Origin: Promethearchaeota archaeon
GTDB taxonomy: Archaea > Asgardarchaeota > Lokiarchaeia > Sigyniarchaeales > SOKP01
Length of the DNA stretch: 47,139 nt
Assembly: GCA_016839745.1 (NCBI GenBank)
Contig: JAEOTS010000075.1
Location: 1 to 47,139, forward strand
Reading direction: 5' to 3'
Position 1 is the first letter of the stretch; every line of letters begins with the position of its first letter. Both the position numbers and the translations under genes were made by a program. Of the stretch, positions 1 to 9,239 are shown piece by piece. A model generated the notes under the pieces. The model was not told where the DNA came from, ran no database searches, and saw only the letters and a program-made list of their open reading frames with translations.

Positions 1-138
1 AATTTTTAATAACCGAATTCTCTTTATCCCTTATTTAAGAATTTCTTAACATAGGAAACATTGAATGTTAATAAAGTTAAAAATATTTAATTAATAAGCA
101 AATATTATCGATATACCAATATAAGAGTATTCTAAGTC

Positions 139-774
139 ATGACAGCCAAACCTTCTTTGCTAATAATCGGAAATTCAAATGTAGGAAAAAGCTCGATAAC
201 AAGACTATTACTACCAAGTCCAAAAAAGTTTAAGGGCAAAGTAGGTAAACAACCGGGAAGCACACTCATGATAAAATCTATTGAATTTCCTCAAATGCCT
301 TACAAAATCGTAGATTTACCCGGGTTTGGGTATATGAATAGTTCCAGTCGCCGAAGAGAAGAACACATAAAGAAACAATTAGTCATCCATATCGAAAAAC
401 ACCATGATGAATATTTTTTTAGTTTAGTAGTATTGAATTTCTTAAGGATAGAAGATGAGTTAAAAAAATATCACTTAGAAAGCGATACCACAATTCCTCT
501 AACTTTTGAATTAATAAAATTTCTAAAGGAATTTGAAATACCTCTTCTTGTTATTTTAAATAAAATAGATAAAGTTTCAGTTTTCGATAAGAAAAGAATA
601 ATATCATTATTGATTAATTCTGCTATGGATTATGGATTAAATTTAGTTCAATTATTTGATAAAAAAGTTAGGAATTATGAGGAAATACCTTATTTAGAGT
701 TCTCTGCAATAAAAAGAACAAATTTAGATAAATTAAAACGAGCAATTAATTTGTCCTTTCAAAAAGTAGGGTAA
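139..774 (+). CDS. engB: EngB/YihA-family GTP-binding protein
   Basis: G1 GNSNVGKS, G2 region PGST, G3 DLPGFG, G4 NKID, G5 FSA. Confidence 0.85.
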   Translation: MTAKPSLLIIGNSNVGKSSITRLLLPSPKKFKGKVGKQPGSTLMIKSIEFPQMPYKIVDLPGFGYMNSSSRRREEHIKKQLVIHIEKHHDEYFFSLVVLNFLRIEDELKKYHLESDTTIPLTFELIKFLKEFEIPLLVILNKIDKVSVFDKKRIISLLINSAMDYGLNLVQLFDKKVRNYEEIPYLEFSAIKRTNLDKLKRAINLSFQKVG

Positions 775-792
775 AAAACTCCTTTTAAGGAA

Positions 793-2115
793 TTACGGTT
801 TTGTAATAACAGGATCTTTTTTCTTTTCCCAATTTATTGCAAACAAGAAATCCCTACTCGCCTTATTTTTATAAATTAAAGGAAAATTTCCTATTTCTTC
901 GAATTTGAGAGCTAAAGATTCTAATTCTTCGTATGTAGGGAAATAATATTGAATAGGTTTGTCACTTTTTAATCTTTCCTGTATGTTTAGTGCTCTCGCT
1001 TGAAGTGTAAAACCTTTAATTTCAAAAAAATTAGGATTTACCTTCTCAACTATTTTTACATAATCCTCCATAAATTTATCGGATAGGTTCAGATTTTTTA
1101 CAGCCGTTAATCTTACTACAGTTCTACAAGATAAGCTTTCAACTAAATCTAAAGAGTCTGATATTTTACTCCACCCCTTTTTAATCATAGGGCGGCAAAT
1201 TTTTTTATATAGCGTCTCGTTTGGTGCAGGTAAGGTTATATAGAGTTGGGATGGCAATGAGTTTAAACTTTCAATTCTTTTTGGTAATGTGCCGTTAGTT
1301 ACAATAAAGGAAGTCATATCTCGATTACGAAACTCACTTACTAATCCATCTAATTTTGGATATAAAAATGGTTCACCATCGAGAGATATTGCTGCGTGAT
1401 TAGGATTCATAGCTTCACTATGAGTTTGCATAATCTCGTCTGGAGTTGTTAAAGACAAATTGATTAACTTGACAATTTCATCTCTGGAGTCTATGCAGCA
1501 CGAGATTTCATCATCAAGTTTAAAAAACTTTAATGAGTTATCTGTTGGTATGAGAAACTCTTGATTTTTTAATAAATTAAAAGCCCGCTCAATTTTATTT
1601 TTACTAACATGAAGTCCTTTTGAAAGAGTATTTATACTTTGATTTTCCCTATTTTCTAACATAAAATTAAGAAGATCAACCATAATATCGTAATTTTCAA
1701 GATATCTCCTCAAAGGTAAATGGTTTTTTATAATATCTTGATGGTGACGAATCATTTCGTTAACTAAATCGTTAGGTTCATCTGGTTCTACGCTAAATTC
1801 GCTACTTAAATTCCCGAGTTCAATATCTCTCCAGCAAAAGACACACTGCTGATTACAGAATGGCATCGAAGGAGTATTTTGTAAGCATCTGTGGCTTTGA
1901 ACACCAAAAACACCTTTATAGCAATTTCTATTATCTCTCCCAGTCATTAATTTTTGTTCTAACCAATGACATGGTTTAATCGAAGTATGTTTATTTTTCC
2001 CTATTATTCGATATGTTGTTTTAGAATAGTTTTCAACAAACTTATTTGTTATTTTGTTATCAGTAATATATGGATTTGTCATTACAGAGAACCGCGTTTT
2101 TTTATTCGTATCCAT
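793..2115 (-). CDS. taw1: 4-demethylwyosine synthase Taw1/TYW1 (radical SAM) with inserted winged-helix domain
   Basis: KPCHW, CYK (Schiff-base Lys), SHRC auxiliary-cluster motifs; CNQQCVFCWR SAM cluster; HAAISLDGEP; VTNGT; EIKGF. Confidence 0.92.
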   Translation of the reverse strand: MDTNKKTRFSVMTNPYITDNKITNKFVENYSKTTYRIIGKNKHTSIKPCHWLEQKLMTGRDNRNCYKGVFGVQSHRCLQNTPSMPFCNQQCVFCWRDIELGNLSSEFSVEPDEPNDLVNEMIRHHQDIIKNHLPLRRYLENYDIMVDLLNFMLENRENQSINTLSKGLHVSKNKIERAFNLLKNQEFLIPTDNSLKFFKLDDEISCCIDSRDEIVKLINLSLTTPDEIMQTHSEAMNPNHAAISLDGEPFLYPKLDGLVSEFRNRDMTSFIVTNGTLPKRIESLNSLPSQLYITLPAPNETLYKKICRPMIKKGWSKISDSLDLVESLSCRTVVRLTAVKNLNLSDKFMEDYVKIVEKVNPNFFEIKGFTLQARALNIQERLKSDKPIQYYFPTYEELESLALKFEEIGNFPLIYKNKASRDFLFAINWEKKKDPVITKP

Positions 2116-2250
2116 GTAGTTTATAATTATAGTTTAATGTATCTACTAGATATTAAAAATTATTATTTAGAATTATAAGTATATTAGTAATTAGGAACTA
2201 ACTTATAAAATATAATTAGTATAACATATCAAATTCTTTAGGAAAAAAAA

Positions 2251-3126
2251 ATGTTGAATAAAATTAAAAGTCAAATACTCAATTTGGGTTTGAAATTTAT
2301 TAGTGTAGACGAAAAAATAGTCAGGATGATTTTGGAAACTAAACCTTCGAATATTAATGAAATAGTTCTTTTACCCGCAGTAAAGTTAGTTATGAAAAAG
2401 ATTGTAAATAAATTACATAACAAAATAGTATATGGAAGAGTATACAATGGAATTTTAAATGGAATTAGTGTGAGTGTTATTCGATCTCAAGTAGGATGTC
2501 CCAACGCGGCACTTACATTAGAATGTTTGAAGAGATCCAAGGCAAAAATAGTTGTAAGGGTAGATTTTTGCGGTGGAATTTATGGAGAGAATAATCCGAT
2601 AAATATTGGCGATATTGTGATACCAAAATCGGCTTATTGTGGTGATGGAACGAGTTCTGAATACTTAAGAGCCAATCCAACCTTGTTAAACAGTTTAGAT
2701 TCAATTCAAAATCCATTATCAATTATTCAAAATTTAATCGCTGGTCCTCAAACCATTTTTATCTCTAAACCAAATGAAATCTTAAGAGAGTTATTAGTCA
2801 ACGAAACTCGAGGGTACAATCCTAGTAAACTAAGAGAATCAAACCTTTGGACCACAGACGCATTATTTTGCGAAACTTTTGAATTTATCAGAGGTCTTAA
2901 AGCTGTTAATGTCGAAGCAATTGATATGGAAAGCTCAATTCTGTTTTTATTAGCGAGGTTATATAACATGAAAGTTGCCTCAATACTTTCCGTATCAGAT
3001 TTACCCGGACACCCTCAGTATGACTTATTAAATTCAAACGAAATCCATCCAGATATGGAAACTGGGATAGATAACGCTATTAAAATATTAATTAACGCAC
3101 TCCCAAAAATACAACACACGCTCTAA
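2251..3126 (+). CDS. Purine/uridine nucleoside phosphorylase (PNP_UDP_1) family protein, divergent phosphate site
   Basis: VGCPNAA, RVDFCGG, IGDIVIP, TTDALF, AIDMESS, SVSD motifs. Confidence 0.8.
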   Translation: MLNKIKSQILNLGLKFISVDEKIVRMILETKPSNINEIVLLPAVKLVMKKIVNKLHNKIVYGRVYNGILNGISVSVIRSQVGCPNAALTLECLKRSKAKIVVRVDFCGGIYGENNPINIGDIVIPKSAYCGDGTSSEYLRANPTLLNSLDSIQNPLSIIQNLIAGPQTIFISKPNEILRELLVNETRGYNPSKLRESNLWTTDALFCETFEFIRGLKAVNVEAIDMESSILFLLARLYNMKVASILSVSDLPGHPQYDLLNSNEIHPDMETGIDNAIKILINALPKIQHTL

Positions 3127-3137
3127 ATTAAATAAAA

Positions 3138-4040
3138 TTATAAACCTTTTAATAACTCAGAAAAATCTGGTTCATCAAAAAACTCGTTAAATTTGGTAAG
3201 TAATTCGACATTGACGACATGTATCTTTTGTTCTTTTTGAGTTTTGACGGATTTGATAAGATCCAAATCTTTTAATTTTTTCATGTGATATTGAATCGTC
3301 CCAGAATAAACGTCAAGGATTTCTCCTATCTTTGAAATTGCTATTCCTTCGTTTTTAAAAATTTCTTCTATTATTTTTGGAATTAAAGGATTTGAGAAAA
3401 TCACTTTATATTTGTCGTATTCTTCTGGAACATCTGCTAAGAAATAATGTAGAGATTTTCCTAATTTTTTCGATCTGATAAGTTTAAATCGTTCTAATGT
3501 CATTATGTGTTTTAAGAACGGGGTTCTCGTTATTTCTAATTCTTCTTCGATCTTTTCGTTCCTGGCATGAATCCCCGGATTCTTTTCTATGAATTTCAGG
3601 ATTTTAACTAGTTTTTCATTATTTAGAATTTCTAGTTTTGTTCTTCGTTCATTAGTTACGATCCAATTCTTTTCTTCTAAACTTCTAATAGTTAAAAATA
3701 TTTCTTCTTTGCTATAACCCTTCCTATATGCGAGTTTCGCTATGCTCTTAGCATACAACTTTTCAATAATTGGAAACTTCTGCAATTCTGCTTCAGAAGA
3801 AACATCAATATCAAAATCAGCGTCATAACGTTTTAGTTTCAAAATTTCTTGAGCAATACTCAAAACATCTTTTTCGATAACAGTTAATTCTGTGACTGTC
3901 GTATCTTGGTCTTTTACCTGCTCTTTTTTCTTAACTTCAAAACCTTGTAAAGGAGTAAAATCTAATCGCCTAAATGAACTTCCTTCTAGTTCTTTTTCTA
4001 CTCTATTTTCCTTCGTTTCTCTTCTTCTTTCTAACGACAT
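3138..4040 (-). CDS. Multi-winged-helix transcriptional regulator (COG3398-like)
   Basis: ILKFIEKNPGIH...HIMTLERFKLI and IFKNEGIAISKIGEILDVYSGTIQYHMKKL wHTH units; probable third unit at SKEEIFLTIRSLEEKNWI. Confidence 0.75.
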   Translation of the reverse strand: MSLERRRETKENRVEKELEGSSFRRLDFTPLQGFEVKKKEQVKDQDTTVTELTVIEKDVLSIAQEILKLKRYDADFDIDVSSEAELQKFPIIEKLYAKSIAKLAYRKGYSKEEIFLTIRSLEEKNWIVTNERRTKLEILNNEKLVKILKFIEKNPGIHARNEKIEEELEITRTPFLKHIMTLERFKLIRSKKLGKSLHYFLADVPEEYDKYKVIFSNPLIPKIIEEIFKNEGIAISKIGEILDVYSGTIQYHMKKLKDLDLIKSVKTQKEQKIHVVNVELLTKFNEFFDEPDFSELLKGL

Positions 4041-4067
4041 TTTTTCAATGAAGGTTCTTCTTATAAA

Positions 4068-5660
4068 TTAGGCGTGTTTTTCTAAAAATTGTAAAAATTC
4101 AATTTGCTGTTCTTTATCCATATATTTCAATTCTTCTACGATTTTATCGTAATATTCTGGTTTAACATTAGGAAGCTTGCGTATTCTCGCAATTAGTTTT
4201 TTTGGAATTTCTTCGTATAGATCTCTCAATACTTCAATATAATTCAGTTGTTCTTCTTCAGCCAAGAACGCTAATTCCCTTAATAATTTCTTTCGCTCTT
4301 TTTTAGGAATATCAATTTCCGAAATCTGCTTTCTTATATCTTTAGAAACGATATTAAAAATTTTAGAGAAATACTCTTTAACAACTTTCCTATCCTTCTC
4401 GTTTTTAACTGGTAAAAGCGATTCGTGAAGCCTTAATTTAATAACTTCTTCTTCTTTATCTTTTTCTTTTAATTGGGTAGGGTCCTCTTCGGTTATTCTT
4501 TTTTCATAATCTTCTTCAACAGTTATAACTTCTTCTATTTCTTCTTCTGGAGGTTTTTCTTCAGATTTAATTACTTGAACTTTCGGTTCTGGTGTTATAA
4601 ATTCAGATTGTTCAGATGGTATTTCTTCCTTTATTATTTGTTCTTCTTTTGGTCCCTCTAGTAATTCTTTTTGAACTGGAACCATTTTAGTTTCGGGTTT
4701 TTTTATCAGGAGTCTTCCGTTTAAATCAATTGGCTTTCCCACAAAAAGTACAAGTAATAAAATAGATTTTAACAAGATGAATATCCCTAAGTTTAAGAAA
4801 ACTGTACCTAGTACTCCTAAAATGAATGTTCGAACTACATCAACTCCAGTAAACTCAATTTTATTGTATATCTTCTTCCTTAATTTTAAATCTATAATCA
4901 AAACAATAAGCGATATTAAAATAAAAGATGTGAGGATTAAAGCCAGGATATAATCATTAAAAAATGATGTGATAATAGTAATAGCGCTTATTTCAAAACC
5001 ACTAAAGTATACCCCATTTAACACAAGTAATAGGATTACAAAACCAGCTTTAGCAGAGAAATTATTGATAGAATTTTTTAATTTAAGACCAAATCGATAT
5101 AACTTGTAATCCCCCCTTTCAGAGTCCGTGGTAGAGTAAATAAATATTAAAATTCCCTTTATTAAGATGATTACACCTGTACCATAGATAATACAACCCA
5201 ATATACCGTAACAAATTGCATCAAGTGTTATTTCATCGTAACTATTAGAATTAATTCGTGGGGATATAAACCGAGAGTTGTATATAATTATTAATAAACT
5301 GCTAACTACAAGTAGATACGGACTTATAATTAGCAAAATTCCCCCAGGAGTATAGAAATTGGGTAAGCTTAATATTAAAGTAATGATAGAAAAAAATATA
5401 ATAGGAATATAATCAAACTTATTTAAACTCTTTATTGCTTTGTCAAGGTTAGATTTTTCTTTATCAACAATCCCATATTTGGTATGTTTATGAATCGCTA
5501 CTCTTGACCCTCTTACAGAAGCTTGTTTAAAACTTACACCTGATAACGAAAAAGGGGTTCCACACATTTCACAGTAAACTTGAACCTTAGATTCTATAAG
5601 TTTTGATAATTCCTTTGGAAAAACATATTGGCAATTGCGACAAATATAAAGTTTATCCAT
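4068..5660 (-). CDS. Membrane protein: N-terminal Zn ribbon, duplicated TM module, acidic linker, C-terminal helical repeats
   Basis: CRNC...CEMC; multiple hydrophobic segments; Glu-rich linker; GAGGT SD-like motif before ATG. Confidence 0.7.
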   Translation of the reverse strand: MDKLYICRNCQYVFPKELSKLIESKVQVYCEMCGTPFSLSGVSFKQASVRGSRVAIHKHTKYGIVDKEKSNLDKAIKSLNKFDYIPIIFFSIITLILSLPNFYTPGGILLIISPYLLVVSSLLIIIYNSRFISPRINSNSYDEITLDAICYGILGCIIYGTGVIILIKGILIFIYSTTDSERGDYKLYRFGLKLKNSINNFSAKAGFVILLLVLNGVYFSGFEISAITIITSFFNDYILALILTSFILISLIVLIIDLKLRKKIYNKIEFTGVDVVRTFILGVLGTVFLNLGIFILLKSILLLVLFVGKPIDLNGRLLIKKPETKMVPVQKELLEGPKEEQIIKEEIPSEQSEFITPEPKVQVIKSEEKPPEEEIEEVITVEEDYEKRITEEDPTQLKEKDKEEEVIKLRLHESLLPVKNEKDRKVVKEYFSKIFNIVSKDIRKQISEIDIPKKERKKLLRELAFLAEEEQLNYIEVLRDLYEEIPKKLIARIRKLPNVKPEYYDKIVEELKYMDKEQQIEFLQFLEKHA

Positions 5661-5974
5661 TTAAACCTCACACTTATATATTAATAATTTTATTTAATTT
5701 TTTTAATTTTGGAATAATTATCAATTATCTTTTGCATTTTTCCGAAGAATTATATTTCTTGAATTCGAAGAACTCTTGAAGAAAGCGAAGAACATCCAAT
5801 TATTATTAAAAATCATTTCTCAAGTATCTGTAATTTTAAAACATAACTCTATTAGCAAAATAAAATATTAATTAAAAGAAGTAGGAATGTGAATATAAAA
5901 ATAATGGGGTCCAATTTTTAAAAAAATCTTTTAAAATTTAGATAAATTCTATTGGGCTAATCCTTTTTTAGTAA

Positions 5975-6475
5975 TTACGTAGTTAAATCTATCCAATTTA
6001 ACTTTTCCACTGTTTGATTAAGATTATGATCATCTTCCGTTGCGTTAAATTCAAGATTAGTAAATAATCTGTAAGCTTGTTCTCGAGATGGTTTGAATTT
6101 CGCTATCTCATCATATTTACCGTGAAATACTATTACTGGTATATTGATTGGAGAATGATTATCCCATTTCAATAATGTAGTCGCTAAATAAGGTGCTAAT
6201 AATATTAACCGTTTAACTCTTTTTGGATTTTGGAGACAATATAGTACACCCATTAGTCCTCCAAAACTTGAGCCTATTATTACCCATAAATTTCTTTCAC
6301 TTAATATTGTGTTTAATTGAGCCATTCTTGCGTTAAGAAGGTCATCAAGCGTTCTTTTTGGGTCAAATTTTACGAAATCAGGAGTAAGAATTTCTGGAAT
6401 CATCTTTTTTAAATATAATCCTTTAAAGCCTTTACCCGAACTTTCGAGACCGTGAATAAAAATAATATTTTTCAT
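5975..6475 (-). CDS. Small alpha/beta hydrolase (YqiA/YcfP-like esterase)
   Basis: FIHGLES, nucleophile elbow GSSFGG, HGKYD, DDH triad residues. Confidence 0.85.
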   Translation of the reverse strand: MKNIIFIHGLESSGKGFKGLYLKKMIPEILTPDFVKFDPKRTLDDLLNARMAQLNTILSERNLWVIIGSSFGGLMGVLYCLQNPKRVKRLILLAPYLATTLLKWDNHSPINIPVIVFHGKYDEIAKFKPSREQAYRLFTNLEFNATEDDHNLNQTVEKLNWIDLTT

Positions 6476-6506
6476 ATTAACTACTTAAGTAATTAATTTT
6501 TAAGTA

Positions 6507-7571
6507 CTATCCAAAATCAAGCTCTTCAGTAGGTTCTTGGGTTAATTCCTTATTCAATTCCCTCATCAATTTTTTCTGACCTAAAAAAATTAAGATGATA
6601 AGTATACTAAAATAGAACGTAACAATAATTAATGTAAGGAAATAATATTCTCCCGTATATGAAATGAAATGGGCAGCAACTCCGATAATAAATCCTGTAA
6701 ACAATCGAGATTCTGTAGTACTAGTCCTAAATAGAAGTTTCTGAGTACCCCAATCGATTAATCCAGGTATTGGAAAAACAATTATTATAAATAAAGCTAA
6801 TTCAGGACTAAATTGAGTTCCAAGTATTTGCTGAACTAAATAAGTAAAAAAAACAGACATTATTATTCCAATTATCATACCTGAACATCTAGAGCATAAA
6901 TAAACCTTTGTTCTTCCAAATTGAAAATAGAATGTATGGTCACTCGCAGATACGGGGTGATGAGTTAGAAGTAGGTAGTAGAGATGGCGTTCTTTTAGGG
7001 CTAGTGCTTTATCGTAAATGATTAAAAGAAGGGGTACTATAAAAGTAACGGATAGAAGTGCTTCTAAGAAAAATTTGAAGCCAAAATTAATAAATATAGT
7101 TGTAAATTGTAGTGTAGTTGAAAAAAATAAAATTTGCCAGGAAATTATAAAAAACATTACAGCAAAAGAATCAATAATTATAACGAAAAAAGTAAAAAGA
7201 ACATTTTTAATGTTTTGATATTTTAAAGGTTTATATTTGTAAATTCCCGCAACAAAACCGAATATAGCAATAATAAAACACCAATCTAAATAAACTCTAG
7301 TGTAGAATGCTAGTTGGAATAAAAGTTCACCAAAAAATCCCGCCATAAACGCTTGAATAGGACCTGATAATATTGAGAAAAAAGCAAATACTAATAAACT
7401 AACTCCAAATACTAATGAAAACTCGTTATTTTCAATAAAAGGGGTAGAAATTGAACCAAATGCTTCAGAAATGTAAATATAACTCATAATAATAAAAAGT
7501 ATAACGAGGATATTCACAAAAATGAATCGTAAGCTCGTTTTTGGTTTTGTGTCAAATGAGTTATCACTCAT
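6507..7571 (-). CDS. ECF S-component-like membrane domain fused to DUF2085-like domain
   Basis: SILSGPIQAFMAGFFG S-component-like motif; C-terminal THH...H...LCSRCSG, IDWGTQ, RLFTG typical of DUF2085. Confidence 0.65.
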   Translation of the reverse strand: MSDNSFDTKPKTSLRFIFVNILVILFIIMSYIYISEAFGSISTPFIENNEFSLVFGVSLLVFAFFSILSGPIQAFMAGFFGELLFQLAFYTRVYLDWCFIIAIFGFVAGIYKYKPLKYQNIKNVLFTFFVIIIDSFAVMFFIISWQILFFSTTLQFTTIFINFGFKFFLEALLSVTFIVPLLLIIYDKALALKERHLYYLLLTHHPVSASDHTFYFQFGRTKVYLCSRCSGMIIGIIMSVFFTYLVQQILGTQFSPELALFIIIVFPIPGLIDWGTQKLLFRTSTTESRLFTGFIIGVAAHFISYTGEYYFLTLIIVTFYFSILIILIFLGQKKLMRELNKELTQEPTEELDFG

Positions 7572-7618
7572 ACTAATCGCATTTAAATATAACTGACAAT
7601 AGATAAAAAAACTTAAGA

Positions 7619-8281
7619 TTAATTGATAAAAATGAAATCAAGTTCTTCTATTAAGCTCTTCTTCGTTTTTTCGAAGCCCTTGCGAAGAACGGAAATTATA
7701 ATATTTTTACCCGCGGGAACATTTAGAATGCTATCATCTTCCTCCACTATTGCTATACCATCTTCATTATAATCTAATTGTCTCTTTAAAGCTTCGTAAG
7801 CTTTTTCTTTTGTCTTAAAGGCAGCTCTTGATAATTCGTCGTAATTTTTTACCTCTTCTTTTATATTCAAAAATAGGATACATTCTTCTACTTGGGAAAT
7901 AAAAGACTTTTTAGTAATTTCTTTCAATTCTTTATAGCGTTCATGATCTTTTTTACACTGTTTATCAGTTTGGTCATTTTCTAAATAACTAGGAAAGTTT
8001 TTATTAATCTCATCATCAAATCTTTCTTTTGTAATCTCCCCATTTTCAAGTAGCCTTTTAGCAGAATCTAACGCGATTTTAATTTGTTTTAACGTCCCAA
8101 CACGAGCGTTATTATCGCTCCAGAGCTTATAGAAAGCTTTCACTATTGGTTTCACAACAAAATTAAATGCTCCGGTATCTAACTCCGTATCAATTAAATC
8201 TCTACCATAGCCTAGTGACAAGTCAGTTGTTGAAATCATCTTTTCTTCAACGATTTTATAGTTTCTTGGTATATGACTCAT
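7619..8281 (-). CDS. Hypothetical all-helical protein, paralogue of 8375..9031
   Basis: End-to-end colinear similarity to neighbour (LIDTELD, GTLKQI, AFKTKE, LRKGFE). Confidence 0.8.
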   Translation of the reverse strand: MSHIPRNYKIVEEKMISTTDLSLGYGRDLIDTELDTGAFNFVVKPIVKAFYKLWSDNNARVGTLKQIKIALDSAKRLLENGEITKERFDDEINKNFPSYLENDQTDKQCKKDHERYKELKEITKKSFISQVEECILFLNIKEEVKNYDELSRAAFKTKEKAYEALKRQLDYNEDGIAIVEEDDSILNVPAGKNIIISVLRKGFEKTKKSLIEELDFIFIN

Positions 8282-8374
8282 TATTACTTCTCCCTTGATT
8301 GTTAAATCTCGTTTTTTGTATCTTTTTCTATTATTTTAATGATAATGTCTCATAATTTAATGTTTTAACTATTA

Positions 8375-9031
8375 TTAATCATAGGTATCGTCTATAGCTT
8401 CTAAAAATTCGTTTTTGGTCTCTTCGAATCCTTTTCTTAGCGATTTGATAATTATCTTCTTACCTACAGGTAAAGATAGAATAGATGGATCCTCTTCAAT
8501 TATTTTGATTCCCCTCTCTGTGAACTCTAATTGCTTCATTAAATTCATAGTGGCTATTTCTTTAGTTTTGAATGCAAACTTAGCAAGATCTGCGTATTCA
8601 GTTATATCTTCTTCAACACTAAGAAAAGTTCTTACTTCTTCGAGATAATTTATAAATGTTTCCTTTGCATTTTCTTTTAGCTTATCGTAGTTTTTATGGT
8701 GTTTACTACATTGATATGTGACTTGATCACCTTTTAGATATTTTGGGAAATATTCTTCTATGATACTGTTAAAACCCTCCTCAGAATTACCATTTAACAA
8801 TAATTTCCTTCCAGCATCAAGTGTCACATCTATTTGCTTCAAGGTTCCCTTCCTTGCGTCATGCATGGCCCAAAAATCGTAAAAAGCTTTAACAACTGGT
8901 CTTACTACGAAGTTTAAAAATCCCGCATCTAGTTCCGTATCTATAAGTTTTCGACCTTTTTTAAGAGATTGTTCCATTTGCTGAATCATCCTTTCTTTAA
9001 TAATATTACAATTTCTATCAACATGCTCCAC
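8375..9031 (-). CDS. Hypothetical all-helical protein, paralogue of 7619..8281
   Basis: Same shared blocks; GTG start preceded by GGGGA. Confidence 0.8.
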   Translation of the reverse strand: MEHVDRNCNIIKERMIQQMEQSLKKGRKLIDTELDAGFLNFVVRPVVKAFYDFWAMHDARKGTLKQIDVTLDAGRKLLLNGNSEEGFNSIIEEYFPKYLKGDQVTYQCSKHHKNYDKLKENAKETFINYLEEVRTFLSVEEDITEYADLAKFAFKTKEIATMNLMKQLEFTERGIKIIEEDPSILSLPVGKKIIIKSLRKGFEETKNEFLEAIDDTYD

Positions 9032-9239
9032 AGAAGATCCCCAGTAAATTGCTTTTTTTTTTAAATACTTTTTTTATTAAAATATTCGGTGAACTAAGAA
9101 AAGAAAATTTTGAAAATTTTTTAACTTTTTTATAATTCTTTTAGTCTTCCCATTGAAACGAAAAAAGTATATAATATGGAATAATGTTTTATTATAATAT
9201 TAGGTTTGAATTATAAAATAACTAAGTTAAGTTAATTTT

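Noticed and set aside
1426-1719. Intein or Z-alpha domain as explanation for the Taw1 insertion
   Set aside because: No N-terminal Cys/Ser block or terminal His-Asn; Z-alpha Asn/Tyr/Trp residues absent
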